Source: an uncultured Spirochaetia bacterium | GTDB lineage: Bacteria; Desulfobacterota_D; UBA1144; Nemesobacterales; UBA2774 | Reading direction: 5' to 3' | DNA length: 64,000 nt | Assembly: GCA_964618635.1 (NCBI GenBank) | Contig: CAZUDM010000003.1 | Coordinates: 2,673 to 66,672 of the forward strand | Shown: in pieces, positions 27,754 through 36,490 of the stretch | How the letters are laid out: the number at the start of each line of letters is the position of its first letter | Numbering within the stretch: the first letter of the stretch is position 1 | Made by a program: the position numbers and the translations under genes | The notes under the pieces: model-generated | Seen by the model: only the letters and a program-made list of their open reading frames with translations | Told to the model about the DNA's origin: nothing | Database searches by the model: none

Positions 27754-28704
27754 TCACTTCGGCGCAGCTATCTGGTCGAGATTCTTCGGCAGAATCCCGA
27801 AATGCTCTTTTGGAACGGCGTAGACCTCTCCGCCCGAGGACGTCTTGACGTAAAAGTTATCCTCGTCCTTCCTCTTTCCGAAAAAGATCGTCTCGGATAT
27901 CCCCTCTCCGAAAAACCCCGCCTCCACAGAAGGCTGGTCGAGGCCGTACGCCGCAAGACCCTCCGGCTCGTCGTCGACGAAATCCGAGACTTTCAGGCCT
28001 GCGAACGAGCTCAGGAGCTCGTCCACCTTTTTCTGGTCGATGGGACGCGGCGACTCCGCCCCCGACTGCACCCACGTGCCGTTTTCCTTTCTGAGCTCGA
28101 TGCTGAACATCCCGGCCCTGACGACTATCCTGTCCACGGCGCCCTTGTCGAATGCGGCGAGCTTTCTGTCCCTGAATCCCTCCGGGACCCCGTTCAGAAT
28201 CCCCCATAGATAGTGGTCCTTGACGAGAATCACCCTTCCCTCCCCGAGGTCGTATATGTAAATACCCGAGCCCACGGGGCTCTTGTCGCCTATGATGACG
28301 GGGTAATCCAGATCCCCCGTGGCCATGGAGAACTCCCTTTTGGATTCGACGAATCCGAATTCGTCGAGCCCCGTCTCGTCCGTCGATACGATCCTGTCCG
28401 CCTCCATCTCGGTGAGGTCCTTTACGATGTCTTCAACGGCTTCTGAGTCGGCCTTGTATTTCTTCCCGTCCCCGGCGACGTACCACTTCCCGTCCGTCTT
28501 TTCGAGTGAGACGGTGTCCTCGGGGTAGGTTATCTTGATGGATAGAATGTCGTCGGGTTTTACTCCGGGGAAAACCTTTTCCGAAGCCGTGGACGACTCT
28601 CCGTCCTTTTTCTGAGAATCGTAGTAGAGGACGCCCCCGAGCAGGATTGCGAATATCGCGAGGGCGACGAGCGTGCCGGAAAATTTTCTTAAATACTTTC
28701 CCAA
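27754..28704 (-). CDS. DUF4340-domain protein (accessory component of GldG-type ABC systems)
   Basis: 316 aa with an N-terminal TM anchor followed by repeated beta-rich modules. It lies immediately downstream of the GldG-like gene. Confidence 0.6.
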   Translation of the reverse strand: MGKYLRKFSGTLVALAIFAILLGGVLYYDSQKKDGESSTASEKVFPGVKPDDILSIKITYPEDTVSLEKTDGKWYVAGDGKKYKADSEAVEDIVKDLTEMEADRIVSTDETGLDEFGFVESKREFSMATGDLDYPVIIGDKSPVGSGIYIYDLGEGRVILVKDHYLWGILNGVPEGFRDRKLAAFDKGAVDRIVVRAGMFSIELRKENGTWVQSGAESPRPIDQKKVDELLSSFAGLKVSDFVDDEPEGLAAYGLDQPSVEAGFFGEGISETIFFGKRKDEDNFYVKTSSGGEVYAVPKEHFGILPKNLDQIAAPK

Positions 28705-28756
28705 TTTGACCCTTTCGTTTTCGTTCTCGTTCCGGGCCGAAGAGACCTCCCCTCCG

Positions 28757-30127
28757 CTACAGCCTCTTTCTCTTCCACCATATAGCTATACCGGAAAAGA
28801 ATATAACAGCCGGAATCATAATTACAGTGAAAAAGAATATTACGTTCGTCTGCTTGTTCGTGATTGCGAGTTTCCCCACCTTTCCGGCCTTCGGCCTTAT
28901 GGAGATGAGGTTCTCGTCCCCCGAAACCCAGTTCACGGTATTCAGGAAGAGGTCCCTGTTGCCGGAAAAGTCTATGAAGATATTTGATACGAAGTCGACG
29001 CTCCCGAAGACCGCGACCCTGGATTGGTTGTTGCCGTTCTCGACTACCGCCGCAACTCCGAGCGGCCCCGCCGCGTCCCCCTCTTCCTGCTGGGCGACGC
29101 CCTGGTCGAAGAGCTCGAAATTCGTCTCAGACCAGCTGTACTGCCCCGTATGCGCGAGGATGTCCGTGCCGAGCCCGTCGGCCTCGGCGGCCGCTATGCT
29201 CCGGGAATAAGGGAATATGGTCGCGAACCTGAATCCCTCTGTTATGTCGTGGTGGGCGTACTGCGCGACTATCGGCGCTATGTCGCCCCCGCCTTCGAGC
29301 TTCGAGCTCGGATCGACGATAATGTCGTCCCTGATATCGAACCCGTATCCTTTAAGGAGCGAGGCTATCTCCGAGCCCGACCTCGGCTCTATAAGGAATA
29401 TGGCCTTCCCGCCGCCGTCGAGATAGCTTTTCAGCATGCTTATCTCCTTTAAGGAAAAGGACTGCTTGGGCGCCGCCACGAGAAGAACGGAATTGTCCCC
29501 GGGGATGCCGTCCCCGCGGAGGAGCATGAACTCGTTCACCTTATAGCCTTCGTCTTCGAGGGCCTTCCTCAATACCCCTAGTCCTTCCGGCTCTATGTCG
29601 TCGTTGACGTCGCGCTCGCCGTGGCCCGTCATGAAATAGACTGTCTTGTTGACCTTCCTGTTGAGCTTGAATATGGCGTTCGTTATGTCTTCCTCCGAGC
29701 TTTTCAGTATGCCGCCCGAGAGGTGGTCCGTGAGCCTCAGCTTAATGGTCTGCTCGCCGTCGGCCAGGACTACGGTGCCGTATTCTTTTATGTCGTACTT
29801 CTTGGCTACGCCGGGCTCCTTGTCGGGATTCACGTACCTCACCTTTATCTTTCCCGACCGCCTCGTGTATTCCTTTATGAGGTCCTGGAACTCTCCCTTG
29901 TCGAGCCCGACATCCTTGAAAAACGCTATTATCTCTATATCTCCGTCAATATTGTCTATGACGGCGGTCGTATGCTCGGAAACCGTATAGAGCTTCGAAT
30001 CCGTCATGTCGATCCTGATGTCGGTTTTGAAGAAGATGTAATTCACGAGCACGAGTATTCCGCAGACGCTCAATATAGAGACGAGCGCGTTCGTTCCGTA
30101 GATGAGCCGCCTTCTCTTCATCTCCAC
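28757..30127 (-). CDS. GldG-family ABC transporter auxiliary protein
   Basis: 456 aa with an N-terminal TM, a large periplasmic domain and a C-terminal TM (IFFFTVIMIPAVIFF). This is GldG-like and overlaps the upstream permease gene. Confidence 0.7.
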   Translation of the reverse strand: MEMKRRRLIYGTNALVSILSVCGILVLVNYIFFKTDIRIDMTDSKLYTVSEHTTAVIDNIDGDIEIIAFFKDVGLDKGEFQDLIKEYTRRSGKIKVRYVNPDKEPGVAKKYDIKEYGTVVLADGEQTIKLRLTDHLSGGILKSSEEDITNAIFKLNRKVNKTVYFMTGHGERDVNDDIEPEGLGVLRKALEDEGYKVNEFMLLRGDGIPGDNSVLLVAAPKQSFSLKEISMLKSYLDGGGKAIFLIEPRSGSEIASLLKGYGFDIRDDIIVDPSSKLEGGGDIAPIVAQYAHHDITEGFRFATIFPYSRSIAAAEADGLGTDILAHTGQYSWSETNFELFDQGVAQQEEGDAAGPLGVAAVVENGNNQSRVAVFGSVDFVSNIFIDFSGNRDLFLNTVNWVSGDENLISIRPKAGKVGKLAITNKQTNVIFFFTVIMIPAVIFFSGIAIWWKRKRL

Positions 30128-30870
30128 CTCTCCGATTCGAGAGCCGAGTAGGTAAGGAAAAGGCCGAGGAATATGAGCGAGATGTAATAAACGACGTCCT
30201 TGAGGTCGATTATCCCCTTTCCGAAATCCTCGTAGTGGTTGATTACCGAAAGATATCCGAGAACGGTGCTTTCCGCATCGGACAGTGCACCGACGAGCCA
30301 GAGGAGAAGAAGTATGCCGAAGCTTACGACGGCCGCGATAAGCTGATTGTCCGTAAGGGACGACGCGAATATGCCGATCGAAAGGAAAGAGGCTCCCAAG
30401 AGAAAGAGCCCGACGTAGCCCGCGAAAACGGCCCCGAAATCGGGGTTCCCGTGCACCATGAGCACGAACACGTTTATCGAAGAGAGAAGGAGCATGATTA
30501 TAAGAAGTATCAGCGCGGCGGTGAATTTCCCGAATACTATGGTTCTTATGCGTATCGGCGAGGTGAAAAGAAGCTCCGCCGTGTAGTTTTTCTTTTCGTC
30601 GGCCACGAGGCGCATCGTAATCAGCGGCACTATGAGCAGAAGAACGATGCTTATCGTCCCGAAGTAGGGGAGTATCACCAGGTTATTGAGGTTAAGGTCC
30701 CCCGTCTGGAGCTGGTAGCCCGGGTCGAGCTGGAACTGGAGAAATCCCTGGAGGTACAGGAAGAAGAATCTTGCCGAAATGATCTGAAAGACAACGAGTA
30801 TGATATAAGCCAGCGGGGAGGCGAAATACGACCTCAGCTCACGCTTCAGTACAGGATAAAATGCGCTCAT
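30118..30870 (-). CDS. ABC-2 family transporter permease (GldF-like)
   Basis: 250 aa with six TM segments. It sits between the ATPase and GldG genes. Confidence 0.7.
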   Translation of the reverse strand: MSAFYPVLKRELRSYFASPLAYIILVVFQIISARFFFLYLQGFLQFQLDPGYQLQTGDLNLNNLVILPYFGTISIVLLLIVPLITMRLVADEKKNYTAELLFTSPIRIRTIVFGKFTAALILLIIMLLLSSINVFVLMVHGNPDFGAVFAGYVGLFLLGASFLSIGIFASSLTDNQLIAAVVSFGILLLLWLVGALSDAESTVLGYLSVINHYEDFGKGIIDLKDVVYYISLIFLGLFLTYSALESERWR

Positions 30871-31797
30871 TTAATTCTCTTCTGACGATATGACTTTTAG
30901 AAATACCTCTTCCAGCGTGTTGGTCACCGGCCTCAGCTCGAGAAGCCCCCAGTCGTTCTCGACGGCGATCCTCGCTATATCTTCCCTGACCTCGGCCCCT
31001 TTCTTGGGGACGATTATATACTCGCCGGCCACGCCCGGCTTCACGTTCGATATGCCCCCGAGTGCGAGGACCTTTTCAATAACGCCTTCCCCGTTCTGCC
31101 TCGTCCGCATGATTATGCTCTCGGCGTTACTCATATCCTCGGAGAGCTTCTGAAGAGACTCTTCGAGCACGATCTTCCCATGATTGATGATTATAACCTT
31201 GCTGCATATCATCGTAACCTCGGGCAGTATGTGAGTGCTCAATATAACAGTTCTTTCGCCCGAGAGGCTCTTTATCAGCTCCCTTATCTCTATTATCTGC
31301 CTCGGATCGAGCCCTATCGTAGGCTCGTCCAGTATCAGCACCGAGGGATTGTTCACGAGGGCCTGCGCTATGCCGACGCGCTGCCTGTAGCCCTTGGAGA
31401 GGTGGCCGATTATGCGCCGCCTCACCTCCGATATCCCGCACTTCTCCATGACGTAAATAATCCTGCTCTTCCTCTCCTTCCGGCGGACCTGCTTTATGTC
31501 GGCGACGAAGGCAAGATATTCCATGACCGTCATGTCGTTATAGAGCGGGGGATTCTCCGGCAGATACCCTATCACGCGCTTTGCCTGGAGCGGCTCGTCG
31601 AAGATGTCGACGCCCTCTATGTGGACGGTCCCCTTCGTCGGCGGCATGTAGCCGGTGATGATGCGCATAGTGGTGGTCTTGCCCGCGCCGTTCGGGCCGA
31701 GAAAACCCAGCACGTCCCCCCTTTCCAGCTGAAAGGAGAGATTCTCTACAGCGGTCAGGTTGCCGTACCTCTTGGTCAGATTGTGAACGTACACCAT
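30871..31797 (-). CDS. ABC transporter ATP-binding protein (GldA-like)
   Basis: Walker A GPNGAGKTTT, signature LSKGYRQRV, Walker B LILDEPTIGLD. I chose the start MVYVHNLTKRYG at 31797. The track ORF extends to 31839. Confidence 0.85.
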   Translation of the reverse strand: MVYVHNLTKRYGNLTAVENLSFQLERGDVLGFLGPNGAGKTTTMRIITGYMPPTKGTVHIEGVDIFDEPLQAKRVIGYLPENPPLYNDMTVMEYLAFVADIKQVRRKERKSRIIYVMEKCGISEVRRRIIGHLSKGYRQRVGIAQALVNNPSVLILDEPTIGLDPRQIIEIRELIKSLSGERTVILSTHILPEVTMICSKVIIINHGKIVLEESLQKLSEDMSNAESIIMRTRQNGEGVIEKVLALGGISNVKPGVAGEYIIVPKKGAEVREDIARIAVENDWGLLELRPVTNTLEEVFLKVISSEEN

Positions 31798-32286
31798 ACA
31801 GGTCAAAATCCCGGGCCCCGAGCCAGCCTCGAAGGGCACACGCTTCTTGGAGACTATAGAATAACCGCCGCCGAAACCTATTCCAAACGCAAATTCCGCC
31901 CGCCGTCGCCGCCCCCGGGAAGCAATCGCGCCGCCGGACGAAGGAGATTTTTAAAAACCGGCATTCCCGGGCTTCTACTTCCGAAAGACCAGTATATACT
32001 TTAGATAACGGCGGAGATGGCTACGCCTCGGGCTTTTCAAAGGGCGTTGGAACAAGAGGCAAAAGGGCACGATATTCCGGTTTCCCTATCCTTAGCGGCG
32101 GGGGATAGCCAAGTGTTCTGCGCTCGGGCGTCCAAAGTCAACACAAAAGCTTAAAATCGCTGTAAATTCAGGCGCGGCTAGATTGCGGCATTTATATTAA
32201 TATGCTAATATACTATCCGAAATTTCATGTTATAAAGCCAATCCCCGTTTAGAAACAAAACACTATTTGATTGAGTAGGGAAATAT

Positions 32287-35100
32287 ATGGATATTTCGCA
32301 CATTTTTCACGGACCCAACTCGGGTTACGTCCTTGACCTCTACGAGCGTTATCTGAGGGATCCGGATTCCGTCGATTCGACGACAAGAAACATTTTCGAC
32401 AAGCTGCGCCCCGAGATAGGCGACGGCCGTCAGGCCGCAGCCCCCGGCTTCGACGTCCAGAAGGTCGTTGGAGCCGTCAACCTCGCACAGGCTATCCGGG
32501 CATTCGGCCATCTGGCCGCGGGTATCGACCCGCTCGGAAGCACGCCAACCGGCGACCCGGCTCTCGATCCTGCGACCCACGGGATCACGGAAGACGAGCT
32601 GAGAAGCCTTCCCGCAAGCATCATCGGCGGTCCTATCGCCGACAGGGCAGCCAACGCGCTCGATGCCATACAGGAGCTGCGCTCGGTATACTCCTCGGCC
32701 ATAGGATTCGACTACTACCACATAAACTCGCTCGAAGAGAGAAAGTGGCTGAGAGAAGCGGCCGAAACCGGCTCGTTCAGGCCGCCTAAAGACCCGATAA
32801 ACGAAAAACGGCTCCTCGAAAGCCTGACTCAGGTAGAGGTTCTCGAGCGCTTCCTCCACCGCATATTCCCCGGCAAGTTCCGCTTTTCGATAGAGGGCGT
32901 CGACATGCTGGTGCCCATGCTCAACGAAATAGTAGGCCTTTCGGCCGAATCCGGCATACATAACATCCTTCTCGGCATGGCGCACAGGGGCAGGCTCAAC
33001 GTGATGCACCATGTGCTCAACAAGGGCTATAAGGGCACGCTCATAAAGTTCAAGGACCCGGTACTCCAGAGGGACTTCCGCGACTTCATGGGATGGACGG
33101 GAGACGTAAAATACCACGAAGGCGCCCGCCACGCCGTCAGGAACGGGAGGGCCATAGACATGCAGATCATACTGTCGCCTAACCCGAGCCACCTCGAATC
33201 CGTAAATCCCGTGGTCGAGGGGATGGCGAGAGCCGCCGGAACGTCCGTCGACAAGCCGGGGAATCCGGTATTCGATCCGAACACGTCCCTGCCCGTTCTC
33301 GTTCACGGCGACGCGGCGTTTCCAGGGCAGGGCATCGTGGCCGAAACGCTCAACCTCTGCGGCCTTCAGGGATACCACACGGGCGGAACCATACACGTAA
33401 TAACGAACAACCAGCTCGGATATACGGCCCTTCCCGAAAACAGCAGGAGCACGATATATTCGAGCGACCTTGCGAAGGGCTTCGACATTCCGGTGGTTCA
33501 CGTAAACGCGGACGACCCCGAGGCATGCATCGAATGCGCACGGCTCGCGTTCGCCTACAAGACCCGCTTCCACAAGGACTTCGTCATAGACCTCGTGGGC
33601 TACAGGCGCCACGGACACAACGAGGCCGACGAGCCCGCGTTCACGCAGCCCCAGATGTACAAGATAATCGACAACCACCCGACGGTCAGGGAGGTCTGGG
33701 CGTCCAGGCTGGCCGAAAGAAAGACTCTGACAGCTGACGAAGCCGAAGAGCTCGTTAACAAATACAACGAAGCGCTTCACAGCGATTTCGAGTCCCTCAC
33801 TCCGGACGACATACCGGAAGAGGCGCTCGCGGTGAAGCCTCCGGCAGGTGCGGCGCAGAAAATAAAAACGGCCGTCCCGATTGAAGAGCTCCGGGGCATA
33901 AACTCGGCGCTTCTCAAGCTCCCCGAGGATTTTACGATCAACTCGAAGCTCAGGCGCGGGAGAGAAAGAAGAGAAACCGCGTTCGACAACATCGACGAAA
34001 AGACTATAGACTGGTCGGCGGCCGAGGATCTGGCTCTCGCGACGATCCTTGCCGACGGCACGGCCATACGTTTTACCGGACAGGACAGCGAGCGCGGAAC
34101 CTTCAGCCACAGGCACGCCGTGCTTTACGACTTCGAAAAGGGCACCTCCTACACGCCGCTTCAGAGTTTCCCGCAGTCCCGGGCGGCATTCGAAATATAT
34201 AACAGCCCTCTTACCGAAAACGCCTGCATAGGCTTCGAATACGGCTACAACATACAGGAGCCGGCAAGGCTCGTCATATGGGAAGCCCAGTACGGCGACT
34301 TCATCAACGGCGCGCAGACGATAATAGACGAATACTTCGTCTCCGCACGAGCGAAATGGGGCCAGACTCCCTCGCTCGTCCTTCTTCTGCCGCACGCCTA
34401 TGAAGGCCAGGGGCCGGACCATTCCTCCGGGCGGCTCGAAAGGTTCCTGAACTCCGCGGCCGAGAGCAACATGCGCGTAGCGAACTGCACCACGGCGGCG
34501 CAGTACTTCCATCTCCTGAGAAGGCAGGCAGGGGTGCTCACCGTAGACCCCCTCCCGCTCATCGTGCTCACGCCGAAGAGCCTGCTCAGGAACCAGATGA
34601 TATTCTCCACACCGAGGGACCTCGCCGAAGGCTCGTGGCAGCCCGTGATCGACGACGAGATGGACGATAAGCAGGCCAGGTCCGTAAAAAGACTCATACT
34701 CTGCAGCGGCAAGGTTTATATAGACCTCATATCCAGCGAAGAGAGAAAGCAGAACTCGAAAGACATAGCTATAGCGAGGGTGGAGCAGCTGTATCCGATT
34801 CCAACGAAAAAGCTCACCCAGGTGCTCGAAAGGTATCCGAAGCTGAAGGAAGTAGTATGGCTTCAGGAAGAACCCGAAAACATGGGCGCCTGGATGTTCA
34901 TATATCCCTTCCTGAGGATGTTCATCAATGGCCGTATTCCGCTCCACTATATCGGCAGGAGACGGAACTCGAGCCCGTCCGAAGGGCTGGCTTCCATGCA
35001 CAAGATCAATCAGGAAGCCCTGATAAAACAGGCTTTTATGATTGGAAAACCTCTGCCCAATATCGACGAGCTTGGCATCACCTGGGTAAGAAACGTATAA
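32287..35100 (+). CDS. sucA: 2-oxoglutarate dehydrogenase E1 component
   Basis: 937 aa starting MDISHIFHGPNSGYVLDLYERYL, the SucA N-terminus. It has the ThDP-binding and transketolase-like domains (GHNEADEP, GQGPDHSS). Confidence 0.92.
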   Translation: MDISHIFHGPNSGYVLDLYERYLRDPDSVDSTTRNIFDKLRPEIGDGRQAAAPGFDVQKVVGAVNLAQAIRAFGHLAAGIDPLGSTPTGDPALDPATHGITEDELRSLPASIIGGPIADRAANALDAIQELRSVYSSAIGFDYYHINSLEERKWLREAAETGSFRPPKDPINEKRLLESLTQVEVLERFLHRIFPGKFRFSIEGVDMLVPMLNEIVGLSAESGIHNILLGMAHRGRLNVMHHVLNKGYKGTLIKFKDPVLQRDFRDFMGWTGDVKYHEGARHAVRNGRAIDMQIILSPNPSHLESVNPVVEGMARAAGTSVDKPGNPVFDPNTSLPVLVHGDAAFPGQGIVAETLNLCGLQGYHTGGTIHVITNNQLGYTALPENSRSTIYSSDLAKGFDIPVVHVNADDPEACIECARLAFAYKTRFHKDFVIDLVGYRRHGHNEADEPAFTQPQMYKIIDNHPTVREVWASRLAERKTLTADEAEELVNKYNEALHSDFESLTPDDIPEEALAVKPPAGAAQKIKTAVPIEELRGINSALLKLPEDFTINSKLRRGRERRETAFDNIDEKTIDWSAAEDLALATILADGTAIRFTGQDSERGTFSHRHAVLYDFEKGTSYTPLQSFPQSRAAFEIYNSPLTENACIGFEYGYNIQEPARLVIWEAQYGDFINGAQTIIDEYFVSARAKWGQTPSLVLLLPHAYEGQGPDHSSGRLERFLNSAAESNMRVANCTTAAQYFHLLRRQAGVLTVDPLPLIVLTPKSLLRNQMIFSTPRDLAEGSWQPVIDDEMDDKQARSVKRLILCSGKVYIDLISSEERKQNSKDIAIARVEQLYPIPTKKLTQVLERYPKLKEVVWLQEEPENMGAWMFIYPFLRMFINGRIPLHYIGRRRNSSPSEGLASMHKINQEALIKQAFMIGKPLPNIDELGITWVRNV

Positions 35101-35118
35101 AAAACTGGAGAAAAAGAC

Positions 35119-36381
35119 ATGGCTATAGACGTTAAAGTTCCGGAGCTGGGAGAATCGGTGGTCGAAGCCACCATAGTCAGGTGGTTCAAGGCCGAGGGAG
35201 ACGCCGTGAAGATAGGCGAAGCCCTCGTCGAGCTCGAAACCGAGAAGGCCAACTTCGAGGTAGCAGCAGAGAAGCAGGGCATCCTTTCCAAAATCCTGAA
35301 AGGGGATGGTGAAGACGTCGAAGTAGGAGAAGTTCTCGCAGTCATAGAAGAAGGCAAGGCCGGAGCGGAAGCCCCGGCTAAAGAAACGACCAAGGCGCCG
35401 GAGCCCGCACCGTCTCCCGTGAAGGAAGCCCCGAAGGAAGAGCCGCAGGAAAAGGTTACACCGGTAGCGAGGCGAGTCGCCGAAGAGAATAACGTAGACC
35501 TTTCCAGGGTCGAGGGCACGGGGCCCGGCGGCCGTGTCACGAAAGAAGACGTCGAGGTCCACATACAGAAGGAAGCGGCAAGGCCCGCGAAGGAAGCGCC
35601 CGCGGAGCCCGCGAGGAGCGCCTCCACTGCTGTGATACAGGCCCCTAAGGAAGCGCCCGCCATCCTTCACATCTCCCGCGACGCCCGCGAAGAGCGCGTG
35701 AAGATGTCGCGCAGAAGAAGGACTATAGCACGCCGCATGCTCGAGGCCACTCAGACCACGGCCATGCTTACCACGTTCAACGAGATAGACATGGGCGCGG
35801 TGATGGACCTCCGGAAGAGGAGAAAAGACACATTCAAGGAAAAGTACGGGGTCAACCTCGGCCTCAACTCCTTCTTCGTAAAGGCGTCCATAGGTGCGCT
35901 CAAAGCGTTCCCGCAGGTAAACGCCGAGATCGAAGGCGACGACATGGTTATAAAGCACTACTACGATATAGGCGTCGCCATCGGGGCGACGGAAGGCCTC
36001 GTCGTGCCTGTCCTCAGGAACGCCGACAGCATGTCCTTCGCCGACATCGAGAAAAAGATAAAAGACTACGCCGTGAGGGCCGAAGAGAACGCCCTCACAC
36101 TCGACGAAATCATGGGCGGCACGTTCACAATCACGAACGGCGGCGTATTCGGCTCCCTCATGAGCACGCCGATATTGAACCCTCCGCAGGTCGGTATCCT
36201 CGGGCTTCATAAAATAGAAGAGCGCCCCATGGCTATCGGCGGCGAAGTTAAAATAAGGCCGATGATGTACGTCGCCCTCAGCTACGACCACCGCATCGTC
36301 GACGGACGCGAAGCGGTACAGTTCCTCGTCAAGATCAAGGAGCTCATCGAAGACCCGGAATCTCTCCTCCTCGAAGGATAA
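35119..36381 (+). CDS. sucB: dihydrolipoyllysine-residue succinyltransferase (E2 of 2-oxoglutarate dehydrogenase)
   Basis: An N-terminal lipoyl domain (ETEKANFEV), an Ala/Pro linker, an E3-binding domain and a catalytic domain with [11 protein letters not shown]. Confidence 0.9.
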   Translation: MAIDVKVPELGESVVEATIVRWFKAEGDAVKIGEALVELETEKANFEVAAEKQGILSKILKGDGEDVEVGEVLAVIEEGKAGAEAPAKETTKAPEPAPSPVKEAPKEEPQEKVTPVARRVAEENNVDLSRVEGTGPGGRVTKEDVEVHIQKEAARPAKEAPAEPARSASTAVIQAPKEAPAILHISRDAREERVKMSRRRRTIARRMLEATQTTAMLTTFNEIDMGAVMDLRKRRKDTFKEKYGVNLGLNSFFVKASIGALKAFPQVNAEIEGDDMVIKHYYDIGVAIGATEGLVVPVLRNADSMSFADIEKKIKDYAVRAEENALTLDEIMGGTFTITNGGVFGSLMSTPILNPPQVGILGLHKIEERPMAIGGEVKIRPMMYVALSYDHRIVDGREAVQFLVKIKELIEDPESLLLEG

Positions 36382-36410
36382 TCAGGATTTTTAAAGGTCG
36401 ACAGGAAATC

Positions 36411-36450
36411 GACGCCCGGCCTGTGTCATGCAGCGCCGGGCGTTTTTTTT
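36411..36450 (+). terminator. rho-independent terminator of sucAB
   Basis: The stem is CGCCCGGC ... GCCGGGCG with a 12-nt loop. It is followed by T8 and starts 30 nt after the sucB stop. Confidence 0.6.
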
Positions 36451-36490
36451 GATATGATTGAAGACGGTGCCCTACGCGGGAAGCCGGGCT

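Noticed and set aside
32263-36291. A 1342-aa ORF on the minus strand spanning all of sucA and sucB
   Set aside because: It is antisense to two unambiguous, highly conserved genes. The protein is Arg/Gly/Val-rich low-complexity, typical of a stop-free alternate frame in GC-rich DNA.
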